NCBI GenBank assembly: GCA_043228905.1
Contig: JBHGNT010000005.1
Span: 3,844,001 to 3,908,000 of the forward strand
DNA from: Azolla caroliniana
Taxonomy: Eukaryota > Plantae > Polypodiophyta
DNA: 64,000 nt
Direction of reading: 5' to 3'
Numbering within the stretch: position 1 is the first letter of the stretch; every line of letters starts with the position of its first letter. The notes under the pieces were generated by a model. It ran no database searches. It saw only the letters and a list, made by a program, of their open reading frames with translations, and was not told the DNA's origin. The position numbers and the translations under genes are program-made. Shown in pieces: positions 63,301 through 64,000 of the stretch.

Positions 63301-63937
63301 CCTTGAAACCCCAGAAGTGTCCACAAATCCTTGCGCGGAGGATCGTTTGGAGCGGTTACGCAAGATACAAGCGGATTTATCTACTCAACTCCAGCAAGCT
63401 CAACAATCACACAAGGACTACGCAGATCGTCATCGACTTCCATCCAGTTTTAACATTGGAGATCGGGTGTGGCTGCTACGACGACACATCAAGACTACTC
63501 GCCCATGTGAGAAGTTGGATTATCGGCGATTAGGTCCTTTCCGTATTATCGGGAAGATTAATGATGTCGCTTTTCGTCTCGAGCTACCTCCGCAACTTCG
63601 GATACATCCGGTGTTTCATAGTTCTCTCCTCGAACCCTATCACGAGAGCACTATCCCAGGACGTACTATACAACCACCACCTCCTATCGAGCTCGAAGAT
63701 GGACCTGAGTATGAGGTCGCTGCCATCCTCGATTCCAAGATTGTTCGCAACAAGCTCTACTATCTAGTCGATTGGCTAGGATATAGTCCCAGCGAGCGTA
63801 CTTGGGAACCGATCGAGAATGTGACCAATGCTCGTGCTCTTCTAGAAGACTTCCATCGACGATATCCCGAGAAACCGGGTCCTCAATCCAAAACGACTCG
63901 TGGAACTCGTCGTTTTAAAGGGGGGATAGTGTCATAA
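60344..63937 (+). CDS. pol: Chromovirus Pol (PR-RT-RH-IN-chromodomain) in the -1 frame relative to gag
   Basis: ALLDSGA, YLDD, EADASDFA, HHCC, LDFIT/SDRGPQF/ERTN, GPF motif and chromodomain EYEVAAILDS...YLVDWLGYSPSERTWEP. The frame is open from 60326. Confidence 0.95.
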   Translation, partial: KRLSPAKIGAVWLDSPRSVQPISGSIPSKQVSDVFVAQVAVSTKSTPPVHTLALLDSGANSCFMDRNFARAHQISLRKLPCPASVVVIDGRPIASGNIIEESEPVNIVLDNLTCVVSFNIISIPEHPIVLGLPWFELHNPDIDWRTREIRLRQTQGSTQKVATISLRQLREEGRKEEMFLFAISVQPSSTTKEESTVQLPEKYRQYADVFDKVQANTLPHHRPYDCAIDLQPGKEPPWGPIYNLSPTELEVLRAYIEENLENGFIRHSKSPAGAPIFFVKKKDGSLRLVVDYRGLNKVTVRNRYALPLISSLLERINGARFFTKIDLRGAYNLVRIRPGDEWKTAFRTRYGHFEYTVMPFGLTNAPAVFQHMANDIFRDLLDDFLIIYLDDLLVYSKTQEEHDSHVLLVLKRLREHGLYAKLEKCSFGCNQVEFLGYVISSEGISMDPAKVKTVIEWHTPRSVRDVQCFLGFANFYRKFIQNYSKIVLPLTQLTRKGQSFLWSKETDMAFESLKKAFTSAPILGHVDPEKPFIIEADASDFALGSILSQQGNDEKLHPVAFHSRKFDAAEINYEIHDKELLAIVDSFMQWRHFLEGSPHQVTVFSDHKNLAYFQDARVLNRRQARWAHFLTRFDFKITYRPGKHQGKADALSRRSYLTPRPGEPAFDNQKQVILGPARLQAAQVFDMPVDSDITNTIREDLKTDAFAQAILAQIDPSRASCSQSQSPGTDYRQFKYCDGLLFFKELLYVPNGSCRLRVVQNCHDTYTAGHFGSTKTLDLVQRSFWWPRMRQFVEDFVRTCDTCCRAKMPRHHPYGLLEPLPIPSKPWQSIALDFITDLPVSKGFSAILTVVDRYTKMAHFLPCTKEISSEDTAEIVMREVCRHHGLPDNIISDRGPQFVSKFWKHLFKMLKVTCHLSSGYHPQTDGQAERTNQTLEQYLRCFLNYHQNDWADILQFAEFAYNNAIHASTKVTPFYAYTGYHPRWCVLETPEVSTNPCAEDRLERLRKIQADLSTQLQQAQQSHKDYADRHRLPSSFNIGDRVWLLRRHIKTTRPCEKLDYRRLGPFRIIGKINDVAFRLELPPQLRIHPVFHSSLLEPYHESTIPGRTIQPPPPIELEDGPEYEVAAILDSKIVRNKLYYLVDWLGYSPSERTWEPIENVTNARALLEDFHRRYPEKPGPQSKTTRGTRRFKGGIVS

Positions 63938-64000
63938 CTAGACTCGAACCCATAACCTTTTGTTACACGGGTCGAGACTTTACCATTAGGTTATGAATTG

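Larger units (their letters stand above)
58615..64000 (+). mobile_element. Apparently intact Ty3/Gypsy chromovirus (Tcn1/Tf1-like); the 3' LTR runs off the window
   Basis: 5' LTR 58615-59081 (TGTCA...TGACA). The 3' LTR starts at 63930 and is identical over the 71 visible bp. PPT AAAGGGGGGATAG. Gag and pol are both open. Confidence 0.96.

Overview
Land-plant nuclear DNA, probably from a seed-free lineage such as a fern (an inference from gene structure and TE content). Bases 1-16.8 kb are an AT-rich gene island with three spliced minus-strand genes: mitochondrial complex I subunit B15/NDUFB4 (first exon only resolved), the PHD-finger protein ING2 (7 exons) and a NudC/NUDX19-type NAD(P)H pyrophosphatase (6 exons). 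From 16.85 kb to the end is one nested retrotransposon pile. An old LINE is split by a 37.8-kb non-chromovirus Gypsy insertion (TSD ACAGG). That Gypsy contains two Copia elements and six insertions of a pol-less, gag-only LTR family, called family X here. Family X has a tRNA-Trp PBS, 4-bp TSDs always centred on CG, and conserved LTR end boxes around dissimilar LTR interiors. One of its LTRs holds an 8.7-kb tandem array of about 1059-bp units. The window ends with a Copia copy interrupted by an intact chromovirus that shows a self-priming PBS, a -1 frameshift signal and tRNA-like boxes at the LTR start. There is a 100-N assembly gap at 21838-21937. All alignments were done by eye.
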